Shown piece by piece: positions 12,310 to 25,957 of a stretch of 64,000 nucleotides of DNA. Numbering within the stretch: the first letter of the stretch is position 1; the number at the start of each line of letters is the position of its first letter. The position numbers were made by a program, and so were the translations under genes. Origin of the DNA: Paraspadella gotoi (taxonomy: Eukaryota; Animalia; Chaetognatha); contig CM119269.1 in assembly GCA_051294375.1 (NCBI GenBank), positions 21,908,815-21,972,814 on the forward strand, in the 5' to 3' direction. The notes under the pieces are model-generated. The model was not told the origin of the DNA. It saw only the letters and a list, made by a program, of their open reading frames with translations, and did no database searches.

Positions 12310-15300
12310 GCGCAGTAAGAAAAAGTCGTTTTGTGGTGTATTTACGGTTTTTATCTATTGATGAGTAAGAGAAGAGAAAGCTAACATAAAAAATTAAAGA
12401 AGAAAAGAGAAGAGAGAAGGGAGACAATAAAAATAAAAGAAAGTGAGGAAAATTTGTTTGTTTTTGATAAAAACGATATTTAAATATAACTGTCCATCAC
12501 CCCAATTTTACAACCTCCGATAGATGTTATTTGCCCAGAAGTATTTAACGTTTTTATTTTTTTTTCTTTGAAAATATCGTTTTCCGGTGTTTTAGATCAA
12601 ATAAAGAAAAGATTATTTTTATCTATTTTTCTTTGGAAAAAGCGTTTTTGCTTGTTGTTCTTTTTAAAGCTTTGTTATTTCTTCTTTGAGAAAATAATAA
12701 GAGTCTGGCCGGATGTAATTTAGACTTTTTTACTTTGTTACTTTCAGTAAGAGTCGATTTCATCGGTGTTTTCTTTAAATACTTTTACATTGAGGAAATC
12801 AAACGTTTTCTGCCTTTTTTTTTTAAAGTTTTTTATTCTTTTTTACATTGGAAAAAATCGTTTTCTGTTATTCTTTTAATAGTTTCTATATCTCCTTCCT
12901 CTAGAGAGAACAACAAATGTCGCTGTCTGGCTGTGAGAGAGAAAGCAAAAGCTAGCATAAATTAAAGAGAAAAGAAGGAGAGAAGGAGACATAAAAATAA
13001 AAGAAAGGCAAAAATTTAGGTTTGTTTTAATTTACAAAAGATATTTAATAACTGTCCTCACCCAATTTTAACAACCTCGATGATGTTATTTGCAGAGTAA
13101 CTTTTAACGTTGTTGTATTTGTTTTTTAGCGTTTTTGAAAATATGCGTTGCCGAGAAGTGTATTTGAAGAATTGTATGTAGATTTATCGTGCTTTTTAGC
13201 TCATGGACAAAGCGTTTTTTTTTCCTTTGTTATTTAAAGTTGTTATGCTCTTTGGAATATCGTCTCGGCCGCTGTATTTAACCGTTTTTATCACTTTTTA
13301 ACTTTAGAAAAAGTCGTTTATACGGTGTTTTATTTTTTATTATTTTTTTTTAGTCATTGGAATAAAAACGTTTGCCGTTTTTTTTTTAATGTTTTTATTT
13401 CTTTTTATAAAACATTGGAAAAAAATTACAGTATTACATATGTTTTATTTTTTAAAATGGTTTTGCATATTCTGTTATTTAGGTCGGAGCAAAATTAGGT
13501 ACGATTTTCACTGGTGTATTTACGTTTTTATCTTTTTGAAGAAGTGGAGAAAACTACATTAAATTAAGAGAAAGAGAGAGAGAAGGGAGACATAAAATAA
13601 AGGAGGAATTTGTTGTGATTTGATAAAAAGATATTTTAATAACTGTCGCTCCAACCCAGATTTTGATTATAGGGTTATTAATTGCAGAAGTATTTACCGT
13701 TTTTTCCGTTTTTCTTTGAAAATATCGTTTTTGCCCGGTGTTTTAGATTTTTTATCTCTTTTTACATTGGAAAAACGTTTTTCTTTGTTTTAGTTGTTTA
13801 TACTTTTGAAATATCGATCTGCCGGTGTATTTAACATTTGATTATTACTTTTTACTTTAGAAAGGCGTTTATCGGTGTTTTTTTAATACTCTCTTTTTAC
13901 ATAGGAAAAAAACGTTTGCTGTAATTTTTTAAGTTTTTATTCTTTTTACATTGAATTACTGGTGTTTTATACGTTTTTAACTCTTTTGAGAGTCGAGGAA
14001 AGTCTACAATAAAATTAAAAGAAAAAGAGAGAGAGAAGGAGACTGAAAATAAAGAGAGGAAATTTTTTGATTTTGCATAAGAAGATATTTATCAAACTGG
14101 TCCGCTCACCAAATTTTAACACCTCGATGATGTTATTTGGGCAAAGTATTTAACGCTTTTTTATTTTTATTTTCTTTGAAAAAATATTGTTTTATTCCGG
14201 TGTTGTTTAGAAATTATTATTTTATCTCTTTTTACATTGGTAAAAAAGCGTTTTTATCTCTGTTTTGTATAAAAGTTTAGTTATCTCTTTGGAAAATATC
14301 GTCTGCGTTTATTTAACATTTTTATTTACTTTTACTTTAGAGAATAAAGTCGTTTATGCGGTGTTTTTTAACGTCTTTTTATCATTGGGAAAAACGTTTG
14401 CGTTTTTTTTACACAGTATTTTTTATAATTTACTTCTTTTACAATTTGGATATATTATAAATGCAGTTATTTCCTTTTGCGTTTATTTAAATTCTAATTT
14501 ACGTCATTTTTAAATTGTTGTTGGAAGATAGGGTTGTAGGTTTAAAACAGAGGAAAAAGTCTGCGTTGTTTGTTTGGGTGCTATTTACGTTTTTTATTTC
14601 TATTGACGTAGTGAGGAAGAAGAAGTATCTACATAAAATATAAAAGAGAAAAGAGAGAGAGAAGGAGACATAAAAATAAAAGAAAGGAAATTTGTGAGGT
14701 TAGTCATTTGGATAAAAAGATATTTTAATAATACTAGTAACATACACTCTAACGGCCTCAATTAGATTTCAATCAGATCACTCGATGATGTAATTTGGCT
14801 AGAATGTATATTAACGTTTTTATTTCTTTATTTCTTTGGAAACATATCGTTTTTTCCTCAGGTGTTTAGAAATTTTTTTATCATCTTTTTGACATTGGAA
14901 AAGTGTTTTTTCTCTTGTTTTAAAAGTTGGTATCTTTTATCTTTAGATATTCGTCTGCCGGTGTAATTAAAGTAATTTTATTACTTTTTACTTTAGACAA
15001 GTTCGTTTATCGAGGATGATTTATTTAACATACTTTTACATTGGAAAAACGTTTGGCCGTATTTTTTATTTTAAAGTTTTTAATTTCTTTTCTTGCTAAT
15101 TGAGAAAAATCGTTTTCTGTTAATTTTTTTAAGTTTTCAATATCTTTTTAGAAAACAAGAGTAAAAAGTCGTTTTTCTGGTTATTATGGTAACGTTTATA
15201 TTCTTATTATTGAGAGTGATGAGAATAAAAAAAGCTTACATAAATTAAGAAGAAAAGAGAGAGATGAAAGGAGACACATAAAATAAAAGAAGAGGAAATT

Positions 15301-15640
15301 TGTTTGTTTTGAATAAAAACGTATTAAAAAGAATATTTAGATTAACTGTCCTTACCCTCAATTTTAACAAACCTCGATGATGTTATTTGCAGAAGTATTT
15401 AACGTTTTTTATTTCTTTTTTCTATTGAAAATATCGTTTTCCGGTGTTTATAGAAATTATTTTTATCTCTTTTTAAATTGGGAAAAGTCGTTTTTTCTTG
15501 TTTTTATTAAAGGTTAGTTATCTCTTTGGAAATATCGTCTGCCTGGGTGTATTAACTTTTTTTACTTTATTATTATTTTAGAAAAGACATTATCGTTAGT
15601 GTTTTATTATACTTTTTTACATTTGGAAAAAACTTCTTTA
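12310..15640 (+). repeat. ~520-600 bp satellite, block 2 (~6 units)
   Basis: Same unit and orientation as block 1; marker near 12510, 13070, 14120, 14780, 15367. Confidence 0.9.
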
Positions 15641-15906
15641 TCTATATATGGTATATAATGCGTCATTAGTATATCTTAAGATTTTTATAATATTTATGAT
15701 GGGGCCGAGGGTGCGCTTCCCCACGCACATTAAAGAATACAAAACATTAAATTAAAACTAAACTTAAACTAACTCATATATCATCCAACTCGTTAATTAA
15801 ACGTCGAATGCAACTGTTGTTTTTCTTAATCGATTTCAATAAACTTTCACCAATTTTTTTTTTCCGCCGAAAAAAAAATCCTCAAAACGGAAATTAAATA
15901 AACCGG

Positions 15907-16138
15907 TGTGAGAACATTTAGGAACACAGCACCTTGGTCAAAACCACATGACGCTACCAACCTTACCTCGCTCATTTCCCCCACTTATTTATGGTCAAAC
16001 GGTTACCTTTATGGTCAAACGTTAGACCTTTTTAGTAAATTACATTTGTAATAGACTTAGCATCTGAGCATTTGTACTGTATTGTTATAACGTTGTTGAA
16101 GAATAAATCATTCTTACTCTGAAATTGTTGCGCCAACA
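15907..16138 (+). repeat. 5' LTR
   Basis: Starts TGTG after CCGG, ends AACA, contains AATAAA; direct repeat of 21419-21654. Confidence 0.9.
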
Positions 16139-16140
16139 CG

Positions 16141-16155
16141 TGGTGAGCCCGACGT
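16141..16155 (+). promoter_or_regulatory. Primer binding site, tRNA-Trp
   Basis: TGGTGAGCCCGACGT is one mismatch from TGGTGACCCCGACGT, the complement of the eukaryotic tRNA-Trp 3' end plus CCA; lies 2 nt after the LTR. Confidence 0.85.
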
Positions 16156-16387
16156 AAAAAAAATATAAAAAAGAAACAAACGAAACAAACAAAAAAAAAC
16201 AAAAAAGGAAAACTATATCTCAACAAAATCGAAACAAACTCCGCGCAGGATTGTCGCCGAACCAAATTTTTAATTCAAACCATTTTTTTTTAAATTAATG
16301 TTTTTAATTTAAACCATTTTTTGCCAATTCTTTTTTTTTTTTTTTTTTTTTTTTTATTTTTTTTTTTTTCTTTTTTTTTTTTTTTGT

Positions 16388-16423
<36 letters not shown>

Positions 16424-16799
16424 CTCTCAAAATTCTCTCGATTCGGATATCCGTTCTGCCAATACACCTCTCAAAAAAATATTTTTTAATTGATCATTTT
16501 TTAAATAAAGCGAATCATATTTCTTTTTCAAGGCAAATTAGATTTTTTCAAAAGTTGAATAATATTTTTTTTATTTAAATGCCGCGTTCTTCTTCACCCA
16601 AGCTTCACAGGGCCCTCTCACGCCCGCCGAGAAGAAGAGAACGCGTGCCGGATGACCACGCGTAACGCGCTCCCCAATCTGACAGCGCCGGTCGCGACGA
16701 CGCATTCCACGACGCCGCCGCCTCGACATCCGCGACGCCCCTCGAAATTCAACATCGAAAAACTGTTTCAAATGGTATTCGACATCAATACCTAATACT

Positions 16800-17869
16800 C
16801 GCCGCGGTCACCGAAAGGACGAATCTCCTTCAGCGGACAGCAATGTACGCTTTCAACGGAGTTGCCCCTTGGATGGAGGACGGCGCAGCGACGCCGCCCC
16901 TGTGGGCAAACCCCTGACCCTCCGTCAGCAGCGGCGACAAGACGAAGAAACCCAAAGCTGACGACCTTTGACCCCGACCACATCGAGGAATGGCTAGACC
17001 ACACCGCCGTGAATTCGGCGCCACCAGGCGTCACCTGAGCGAGGAACGCGAGAAAAGAGGCGCAGAATCCTCACGCCATTCCCATCTCCCCACCGGTTAA
17101 TTTCCAATGGTCTACGCATCGACGAGGTCCCGACGCTCACAAGAATCTCGTCTCTCACCTCCAGAAGATTATGGTGAAGATGCCAACAGGCGCGCCGCCA
17201 AGGCGTTGAAAGATGACGTCACTGAAAGGCGTCAACTCCATCTCAACACCTCTCCGCGCTCGAGCCGTCCTGGAAAGGCCTCACCATCGAAAAATCAAAG
17301 GCCGCAATCGTTGGCCGCCGCCCTCCCTCAAAGCGTCAGAGAGCAACGCCGTCAGGAAGGACAAGAAGCGCGCGCCGACATCGCCAAAGCGATGCCGACG
17401 AGTTTTTTCTCCCCTTCTGGACAACTCCGTAGCTCTGACCGCAACACAATCCAGCGGTAACGCCGTCACCTCCATTGAGGCGCACGTGGAGTTGAGCGCA
17501 CTGGATCCAGATGAATCAGCAAGCGAACGACGACAACGGCGGCCATCTCTTAAATGCAAATGCCAGTGCGCCGACCACCAGCCGCGCTCAAGCAAGCGAC
17601 CCTATCGTGCAGCAGCGGCCATCGCAAACAGCGCCAAAGTGCAGCAGCGACTCAACAGCACGATGCCCATTTCTAACGCCCCGCTCCCCTCCACCCGCGA
17701 AACCCCATGTGGAAGAAGCAAGTGCTTCTACCATTATAACTTTGGCGGCAATGCCGGTTTAAGTGCCAGGACTAACGCGCGACGGCCGCCCATGCCAATG
17801 GCGCCGTCAAATGCAACGCCGGCGGCCGCTAGTCGCCCGCGTCCGCTGGCCGAAATGACTCAAAACTAA
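16800..17869 (+). pseudogene. gag: gag (frameshifted; start approximate)
   Basis: GC-rich coding-like region ending in CFYHYNFGGNA-x-KC (from 17723), i.e. C-X2-H-X9-C once a small indel is corrected. Confidence 0.7.
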
Positions 17870-19237
17870 TTTCTCGTGCGCGGACCCTGACAGCGGCCTG
17901 GAGTGGCTCGTCGACGGCGGCTTTCGAGGCGACGCTCCATCCACGCGCCTCTGCCGCCGATCGCGCCGCCGCCAAAGCGGACCCCGCGCGCTGTAAAAGC
18001 GGCGGCTTACCGCCGCCAAAATGCCGCGCCACTCCGCGCGCCAACGCACGCATCGAAACGTTTCGGCATCCGAGAGATGGGGATTCGACTGGGAAAAACG
18101 TGTTTCCTCGTACCCTTGTCATCATCGCCGATGTTGGCCACGCCCATTCTCGGCGCGCGACTTTTTGATGGAGACCTCTCGGCGTTGATGGCATCACGCC
18201 CGCATCCCTTCTTGATCTCGACGACTACATGGTCATCTTGGGCATGCTCACGATGCGGCCTCCGACCGCGGCACCGGCTCGCGTCTCCACCGTCCGTGAC
18301 GGCCTACTCCTCCTTCTAGATGGGCGACCAGAAACTCCAAAAAACTCGTCTTTACACTCGGCGCCGCCCAAAGCACGGGCGGTCGAGCATCATATTCCGA
18401 CGAGAAGGTTCCGCCCGTATTCGCGAGCCGCGCACCGCCCGCCTCGCCCAGATCAGCTTGCCCGCCGGCCAAGGCCGAGTTCGAAAGATGCTGGACTCGG
18501 ATTATCGTCGCTCTACATCCGCTTGGGGGCGTCGGGCCGCTACACGTCCACCCGGAAAACCCTGACGGCTCTCTCCGTCCTGTGGCGACTTATCGACGCC
18601 TCAACGGGCGTCAACCGTCGATGATCCGCTACCCGATCCGCGCACCTCATGGACTTCAACGCCGACGTCGCCGAAGACGGTTTTTCAAAAAAAAGATCGA
18701 CTCTGCAGGGATATCACAGATCCCTGTCGGCGAAAATGAAGAATCGTCAATAAACGGCGAATCATCAACGCCGTTCGGCCTCTACGAGTTCCTCTTCATG
18801 GCCGTTTGGGTGAAAAACGCCGGTCAGGATTTCACGCATGATGGATCAAGTCAATGAGCGGCATCCCCATGTCTTCGTCTACTTGGATGACCTGCTCGTG
18901 GCATCCCACTCAACACAAAGACATCAAGGGATCTCAAGCGCGTCTTCAAAAACGCGCTCGCCCGACAACGGCCTCATCGTTAACCGCGCAAAATGCGTTT
19001 TCGGCGCCTCCATCGCCTGGAGTTTTCTCGGATACAACGTGACAAAGACGGCGTCCGCTCCCTTCCGTCAAAGGTAGAGGGCGCTACGCGAGATGGCCAC
19101 GCCCAACCACCGTCAAAAGAAGCTTCAACGTTTTTCTCGGGGTCTTCAACTAACTACCGCCGATTCGTGCCCATGCGCACATCATCTCGACGCCCGCTTC
19201 TTGAAGTTCTACCGCGGAAAACCGCGCGCGCAAAAAA

Positions 19238-19273
<36 letters not shown>

Positions 19274-21100
19274 GCATGGGCCCCCGCAAGAACGCCGCTT
19301 TCCAGGCAATCAAAGGAACGCTCTTGCCGATTACACAATGCTTGGTCACCCTATCGACGGCGCTCCTCTCGCTCTTACCGTCGATGCCTCTGACGTCGCC
19401 GTTGGCGGGCCGTCTGAACAGCTTGTCGTGGCCAATGGCAGCCCTGGTTTTCATTCAAAGCCACAGAACCGCAAATCAACGAAAAATGGCCGCCCTTCGA
19501 AACAAGGAGCTTCTGCGCCGCCCACGCCTGCGATTCGCCATTCCGCCATACGTTGAAGGACGCCGCTTCACGCTCTTTAGCGACCATATCTCGCTTGTGC
19601 CGGCGCTACGGAAAAAGCTGAACCTGCACACCAATGAGGCAAACCTATCAACTGCAGGCAATCGCCGAATATACTGGCGACATCCGTCATATGCGCCGGA
19701 AAGGCGAACGTCGTCGCCGAACGCCGCTCTCCCGCCCGCCAACTCCTGCCACCAGCGCCACCTATACCGTCGAAATCCTTACAGATCAAACCTGAAGTGA
19801 AACTTGAACGCGCAAAAAAGAGCGTGAGGACATCGCCGCCACCGTCAACGCCGTCGGCGCCTCAAGTCAAACTTTGGGCAATGGCGGCTGACCAAAGGCC
19901 ACCGACGATGATTGGTCCAACCGGCTCCTCAACCGACCCTCAATAGCGGCGCTCCGACTCAAAAACGTTCCGATCAGCAAACAACGACAAATCATTTGGG
20001 AATCTCGGCTCCCGGGCACGCCCACTTGTTTTCCGGCGTCATGGCGCCGGCGCATTTTTCGATGCACCCATGGCATCGCCACCGGGAGTTCGCGCGTCCA
20101 AAAAGCTGCGTGAGAACGCGCTTTGTATGGCCATCAGCCTCATCAAGACATGCGCACATGGAGGCAGGGTCATGCGACCACTTGTCAGCGCGCCAGACGC
20201 AGCGCCACGTCCGCGGCGCCGCTCCAGAAATTCCGAACGCACCAGCAAACGTTTCCGCACACGTCCTATATCGACCTGGTGGGACCGGCTCAGCCGTTCT
20301 CTGGTCATACTCATTCTTCTGACGTGATTGACCGCTTCACGCGCTGGCGCGAAGCGGCACCACTTCGTGACACTCGCCGCCTCCGTCTGCGCCGCCTTCT
20401 TGCTAAAACTGGGTCTCTCGCTTTGGCGTTCCCCTCCGTTGTCACCACCGATCGTGGCGCCCAATTTCACAATCGGAATTGTGGCGCAAGTGGCGGCGTA
20501 GTTGGCTTCGACCTTCCACGACGAACGCCTACCACCCCCAATCCAACGGGATGGTCGAGCGCCTTCTAACATCGGACGCTAAAGGCAGCCCTGCGCGCCC
20601 GCTGCGACGGCCCCGCCGGACATAACTGGCTGGCGGCAGCTTCCATGGACTCTCTTAAGCCTCCGCGCAACCTCCGCGAAGAAGATTCGGACGCCTCCCC
20701 GCAGAGCTAAACGCTGGCGAGACTCTGACGCTCCCTGGAGAGCTACTTCCGGTCCCACAACCGATGTCGACGCCGCCGCCGCGCGCGAATCCATCCGACA
20801 ATCCTCCGTGGCAGATGTGCTCTCATGCAGCTCTGCCCCGCCGCTTGGGCATGCGGCGCCCGCCCTCTCATGTGCGGAATGCTCGCTGACGCCGACCGCG
20901 TCTACGTCCGACGCGACGGACATTCACGCCGCTGCCAACCAACTTACGACGGCGCCTTACAACGTCCTCTCGGAACGTGGTCCCAAAATACTTTCAAAAT
21001 CGAAAACCGCGGGCCGCGCGTCGGAAGTGATCCCGTTGATGCCGCTGAAAACCTGCGTCAGCCGACGAAAGTCCGCACCAACCTGAACACCGCAAGGCGC
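17870..21100 (+). pseudogene. pol: pol (protease-RT-RNase H-integrase), many frameshifts
   Basis: LEWLVDGG (~17900); TPFGLYEF..KNAGQ (~18770); FVYLDDLLVAS (~18875); LTVDASDVAVGG (~19375); EGRRFTLFSDH (~19555); IDLVGP, VIDRFTRW, VTTDRGAQF (20270-20470). Confidence 0.92.
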
Positions 21101-21400
21101 GCACGTGGTCGCCCGCGTGCTTCAGCAGCTCCGCCACGGAACGGAAAAGTTGCACCCCTGATCCACCGCAAGGCGCGACCACAGGTCGCCCGCGCGTCCA
21201 GCAGCTCATCTATGCCCGCCGCCTCCGGAAACGGTAAGCGGCGCCACTCGCGTTTCCCACGACGCCGCAAGTGCTCGTCGACAATCTTATCAATCCGGGG
21301 TCTTATCAACGTCCTCCGACGATGGCTTCAGGCGCCGGAAGAACGACGACGAAACGACGACGCAATCCAATAACCTTTTCAAGGCCTTCTCCCCACCCGT

Positions 21401-21416
21401 AAAGGCTGGTGGGGGA
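21401..21416 (+). promoter_or_regulatory. Polypurine tract
   Basis: AAAGGCTGGTGGGGGA immediately before the 3' LTR. Confidence 0.7.
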
Positions 21417-21418
21417 TG

Positions 21419-21654
21419 TGTGGACGAACGATTTAGAACACGCCCTTGGTCAAACCCACATGACCCTTACACCTTACCTCGCTCATTTCCCCCAACCTTA
21501 TTTATGGTCAAACGGTTGAGCCTTTTATGGTCAAACGTTGACCTTTGTAAATACCAATTGTAATAGACTTAGCAATCTGAGCATTTTGACTGTTATTGTT
21601 TATAACGTTGTTGAAGAATAAATCATTCTACTCTGAAACTTGTTGCGTCCGACA
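21419..21654 (+). repeat. 3' LTR
   Basis: Direct repeat of the 5' LTR, ends GACA, followed by CCG-CACTATTT, which resumes the flank seen at 4233-4250. Confidence 0.9.
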
Positions 21655-21989
21655 CCGCACTATTTCCAAAAGCTTCCAGATTTAAGTTCCTTATTAATTT
21701 TAATTCTAATATTTAAATTTAATTTTTTTACGAAATCTTTAACCCGATCATAATTTAGAAATCCTAAGCTTTAACTTTATCTACCAAACCTCAAACCTTA
21801 ATCTCATATGCTAATTCCTTAATTTTTTAACTTAATAGTTATTTCTGTTTTGGACAGAAATTAGTGCGTTTCGTAAATATGGCCAAGAACTATTTTCCTA
21901 GAATGAGACGAATCCTCGTCAATTTGAGTCCAAAAGATAAAAAAATTCTGGCGAAACGGGAGATGATAATTCTCTCTCTTCTCTTTCTC

Positions 21990-22043
<54 letters not shown>

Positions 22044-22556
22044 GTCTCTCTCTCTCTTTCACAATCTCTCTCTCTCTCTCTCCTCTTCATCTTGTCCCAC
22101 TCGACCTCCTTCTCTCTCTCTCTCTCTCTCCTCTCCTCTCTCTGCTCTCTCTCTCTCTCTCGTGTTTTGACTGGAATCGAAATCGGTTTCCATTTCCCTC
22201 TTTTGAGAAACTCTGGAATTGCAGATGGAAGCGAATTTGAAGTCAATTGCAATTGTCGTCCTCGTTTATCCAATTCCACGGAATTGTTTAAAGTTTAAGG
22301 TTTGGGTCGTTTCGCTGGTATTTTAGAAATTTTATTCATAATAAGAATTTTATTTTAGTAACTGTATTTCTTTTGTGAATTCGTAAACATGTTCTAGTAT
22401 CGTCGATTAAATAACACTCGTGACTATTTGTGACTGTTCTGTGATATATCTGTCTCATGCAGATTCTGTGAATCTATAGGTAAAACTCTTATTAATCTGA
22501 AGAACGTTTTTAATACGAAAAAGAAAAAAAANNNNNNNNNNNNNNNNNNNNNNNNN

Positions 22557-23432
22557 TGCGAGGAAACGAGGAAATTGGAGAAAATGAAGGAAAGGTTTGA
22601 AATGGAGGAAATGGAAATTGGTTGAACTGGAAATTGGAGAAATTGAAATGGAATGAACTTGAAAAATGGAGGGAAATGGAAATGATGAACTGGAATGGAG
22701 GAAATGGAAATGTGTTCATGAACTGGAAATGGAGGAAATTGGAAATTTAGATTAATGGAAGGAAAATTTTCGGTGTCAAAGTCTAAAGGACGGAAAAACC
22801 AAGGTTAAGAAAGACGACATCTGTGGAATGGTTAAAGAAAGACTCTTTAAACGATCGAAGGAGAAAAAAAAAGGGAAAAGGAGACGAAAAAGTGTCTCCG
22901 TGTTTGAGAGTGAAGATGATTTTTTATGGAGATGGAGAGAGAGAGAGAAAAGAAGAGAGCCAGAGGAGAGAGAGAGAGTAGAGAGAGAGAGAGAGAGAGA
23001 GAATGAGGAGAGAGAAGAGAGAGGGAGAGATAGAGGACCGGCAGAGCAGCGCAGCCCGGGTACGGCTGTGGGCGTCTGAAATAAAAAATAAAAAAAGACG
23101 GAAATAAAATATTTTTTTCTTTTTCTTTGCATTTTTTGATTTTCTTTTTTTTCTCTTCGATCGTTAAGAGTCTTTCTTTAACCACAGATGTCGTCTTTCT
23201 TAACCTTTGGTTTTTCCCTTTAGACTTTGACACCATTTTCCTTCCATTATCTAAATTTCCATTTCCTCCATTTCCAGTTCATCCATTTCCATTTCCTCCA
23301 TTTCCAGTTCATCCATTTCCATTTCCTCCATTTTCAGTTCATCCATTTCCATTTCCTCCATTTCCAGTTCAACCATTTCCATTTCCTCCATTTCAACTTT
23401 CCTTCATTTTCTCCAATTTCCTCGTTTCCTCG
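22557..23432. repeat. Inverted repeat (arms ~22557-22875 and ~23140-23432) containing a 30-bp tandem repeat
   Basis: Left arm is a noisy reverse complement of the right arm; CCATTTCCTCCATTTCCAGTTCATCCATTT occurs ~4.5 times at 23257-23395. Confidence 0.8.
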
Positions 23433-23789
23433 CCATCCCAAACCCGCCATCCCCCACCCCCCCCCCATCCGTTCCCCGTCTTTGCCCCGGATGTGATCTG
23501 GACCGTGACTAAAGACTAAATCCGTGAGAAAATCTCCGCAAGTGAAAAAAAAATTCATTTTTCTACGAATATGAAAAATGGGTGTGAAGGAAAGTTCGGC
23601 CTTCTTTTTAAAAAGATATAACTTACCTTTCGGTGACTCTGAGATTTTTTCTCCTTTTTTTTACATTTTTTTTTNNNNNNNNNNTCTCTCTCTTTCTCTC
23701 TTTCGCAAAAAAACAATTTTGTTTTATTAAAATTTTAAATTATTTCCATTTTTAAGCTGCCGGCGAAAAGCGTTCCACAGCACGATGAC

Positions 23790-23821
<32 letters not shown>

Positions 23822-24040
23822 CAAAAATAAAACGGTGACGACGAATAAGATTGTGAACGAAAATCGAAAATGTCAACACGAGCAACTGGGACGTTAAACT
23901 TTATCGTTAGCTATATAAACAATATTTGGATAAATAATGTTTAATGGATTTTGAGAAGAAATAATAATAATATTTGAGATTATTATAATAAGAAGGAGGA
24001 TATAGATGAAATCTTTCCGTAATTTCTTTTGGCCCCGCAT

Positions 24041-24157
24041 GGAATGGAATAGAATGGAATGGAATAGAATGGAATGGAATGGTATAGAATAGAATAGAAT
24101 AGAATAGAATAGAATAGAATAGAATAGAATAGAATAGAATAGAATAGAATGGAATGG
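24041..24157. repeat. (AATAG)n/(AATGG)n microsatellite
   Basis: Directly visible. Confidence 0.95.
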
Positions 24158-24905
24158 AAACTGTATCCTGGGCTTGGAACCTGGATTGAGGTTTTGCCCG
24201 AACCCCAAATCGGTTTAAGTCCTTCCTCTCGCTTTCCACTGGTGAGATATTTGGTGAGGATTGAATCCGATATTTTGTGGTCGAGTGATGATTCACTGAG
24301 TCACGAAGTAAGGAATGAGATATATTGGCGGAGTGAACCTTAGATGCTTCATGTGAGACTTGTGAATAAAGAAAATTTAAAAGTCAACAAAACAGAATAA
24401 ATAAAAAAAAATATAAATATAACAATGAATCCATAATTATCAAAATCGCCGAGACTTAGCTTAAGGGTTTAGAATTACTTCAAAATTGGGTTTGGGCTTA
24501 AGGAGTTTTTTGATTGGGTTAGAGTTTAGGTAGAAGGATTAGGGTCAATTGGTTAACGATTTGGGTAAGGGATCTGGTTAGGGATCAAGGTCAGGGATTA
24601 GGATTATGGTTAGGGATTACGGATAAGATATAGGGACCCTGTGGCCCATTCTCGGGAAAATATCGCTTTTTTTTTTAAATTTCGTGGTCAATTAATTTAT
24701 TTCTCAAAATGATGTTTAATTTTTGGCGAAATTAAAATCGGAAATAATTAAAATCGCGAGAAATCATAAAAGAAAATTGAGAAAAGAAAACATTTTTCTT
24801 TTTTCTTTTCTTTTCTTTTCCTCTCTTTTTTTTCAGCCTCTAAATCGTCGAGGAAGGAACGAAGGCTGACTCCCGGTGAGAGACGTGAATGGGAAAAGGA
24901 AGACG

Positions 24906-24945
<40 letters not shown>

Positions 24946-25957
24946 CGCGTGAAGCCCAGTGGTCGAAGAGGAAGAGAAGGAAAGTGGAAGGAAGAGGAGG
25001 AGGAGGAGGAGGAGGAAGAGGAAGAGGGAGGCCTTAGCAAGAAGACGTTAACTGTGATGTCTTCTCGAACAGGATTGACGATGACGACGACCATGACGAC
25101 GATGACGATGACGACGATGATGATGACAATGACGATGTTGACGATCATGATGTTGATGACGACAACGACGAAGACGACCATGTCGATGACGACCATGACA
25201 ACGATGATGACGACGATTACAGTAGTTAGTTAGTATTTAGTTTAACCGTAGTTTCGGTATTTGTCGAATGTTGTGTGAAATGACAGATGGCAAAGTCAAT
25301 GTAAAATGTTAACGTTGAATGTCAGATAGGAAATGTTAAGAATGTCGTCCCGGATTGTCTTTCGATTCAGACTGAATCAAATATTTTGTTGTTCAATAAG
25401 GAATTAAGCAGGAAAGTGCAGGAAAAACAAACACGACGAGCGTCACGCACGATACAGAATGATAAAGTGAGTACTGTGTACGATCTGGCCTAAGCAGGAC
25501 TGAGTAACAAATAGCAGACTTCGACCGACAGATGCACATTGACTGCCGACAAATAGACACGCACGACGACAATGACGACAACCCAAGACGGACGACGACA
25601 ATGACGACTCAAATGCACGGACGATGATCAACGAGAGACAAGAGACCGACCGATGACCAACCGACGGATGTACTCGATATGATAAACAGACGAGGCGTAC
25701 TACTGAATATCAGAGGGACCATTAAGCTATGAGCTTCGAACGACAATTGACAACTAATACGACAAAAGAAGCGCGGTATTGTATTCTATGACGTTATCGA
25801 TAACAACAACGACAACAACAACGACGACGAAGGCGAGAAAAACAAAATAAATCTTGTTCCCGACTTCGCTGTGCGACAAGAACAAGCATTTAAACCTAAT
25901 GCATGTTAAATTAAGGTCAGCGGTCGAAACGCAAATCCCGCCCGGGTCAGTTCTCTG

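Larger units (their letters stand above)
15907..21654 (+). mobile_element. Full-length Ty3/Gypsy LTR retrotransposon, CsRn1/Kabuki/Boudicca-like
   Basis: Two ~235-bp TG..CA LTRs, tRNA-Trp PBS, PPT, domain order gag-PR-RT-RH-IN, CHCC-type Gag motif, CCGG/CCG target-site duplication. Confidence 0.93.

Noticed and set aside
19232-19270. Poly-A within pol as a programmed frameshift or retro-insertion
   Set aside because: Lies in an error-rich stretch with no TSD; most simply a homopolymer artefact.
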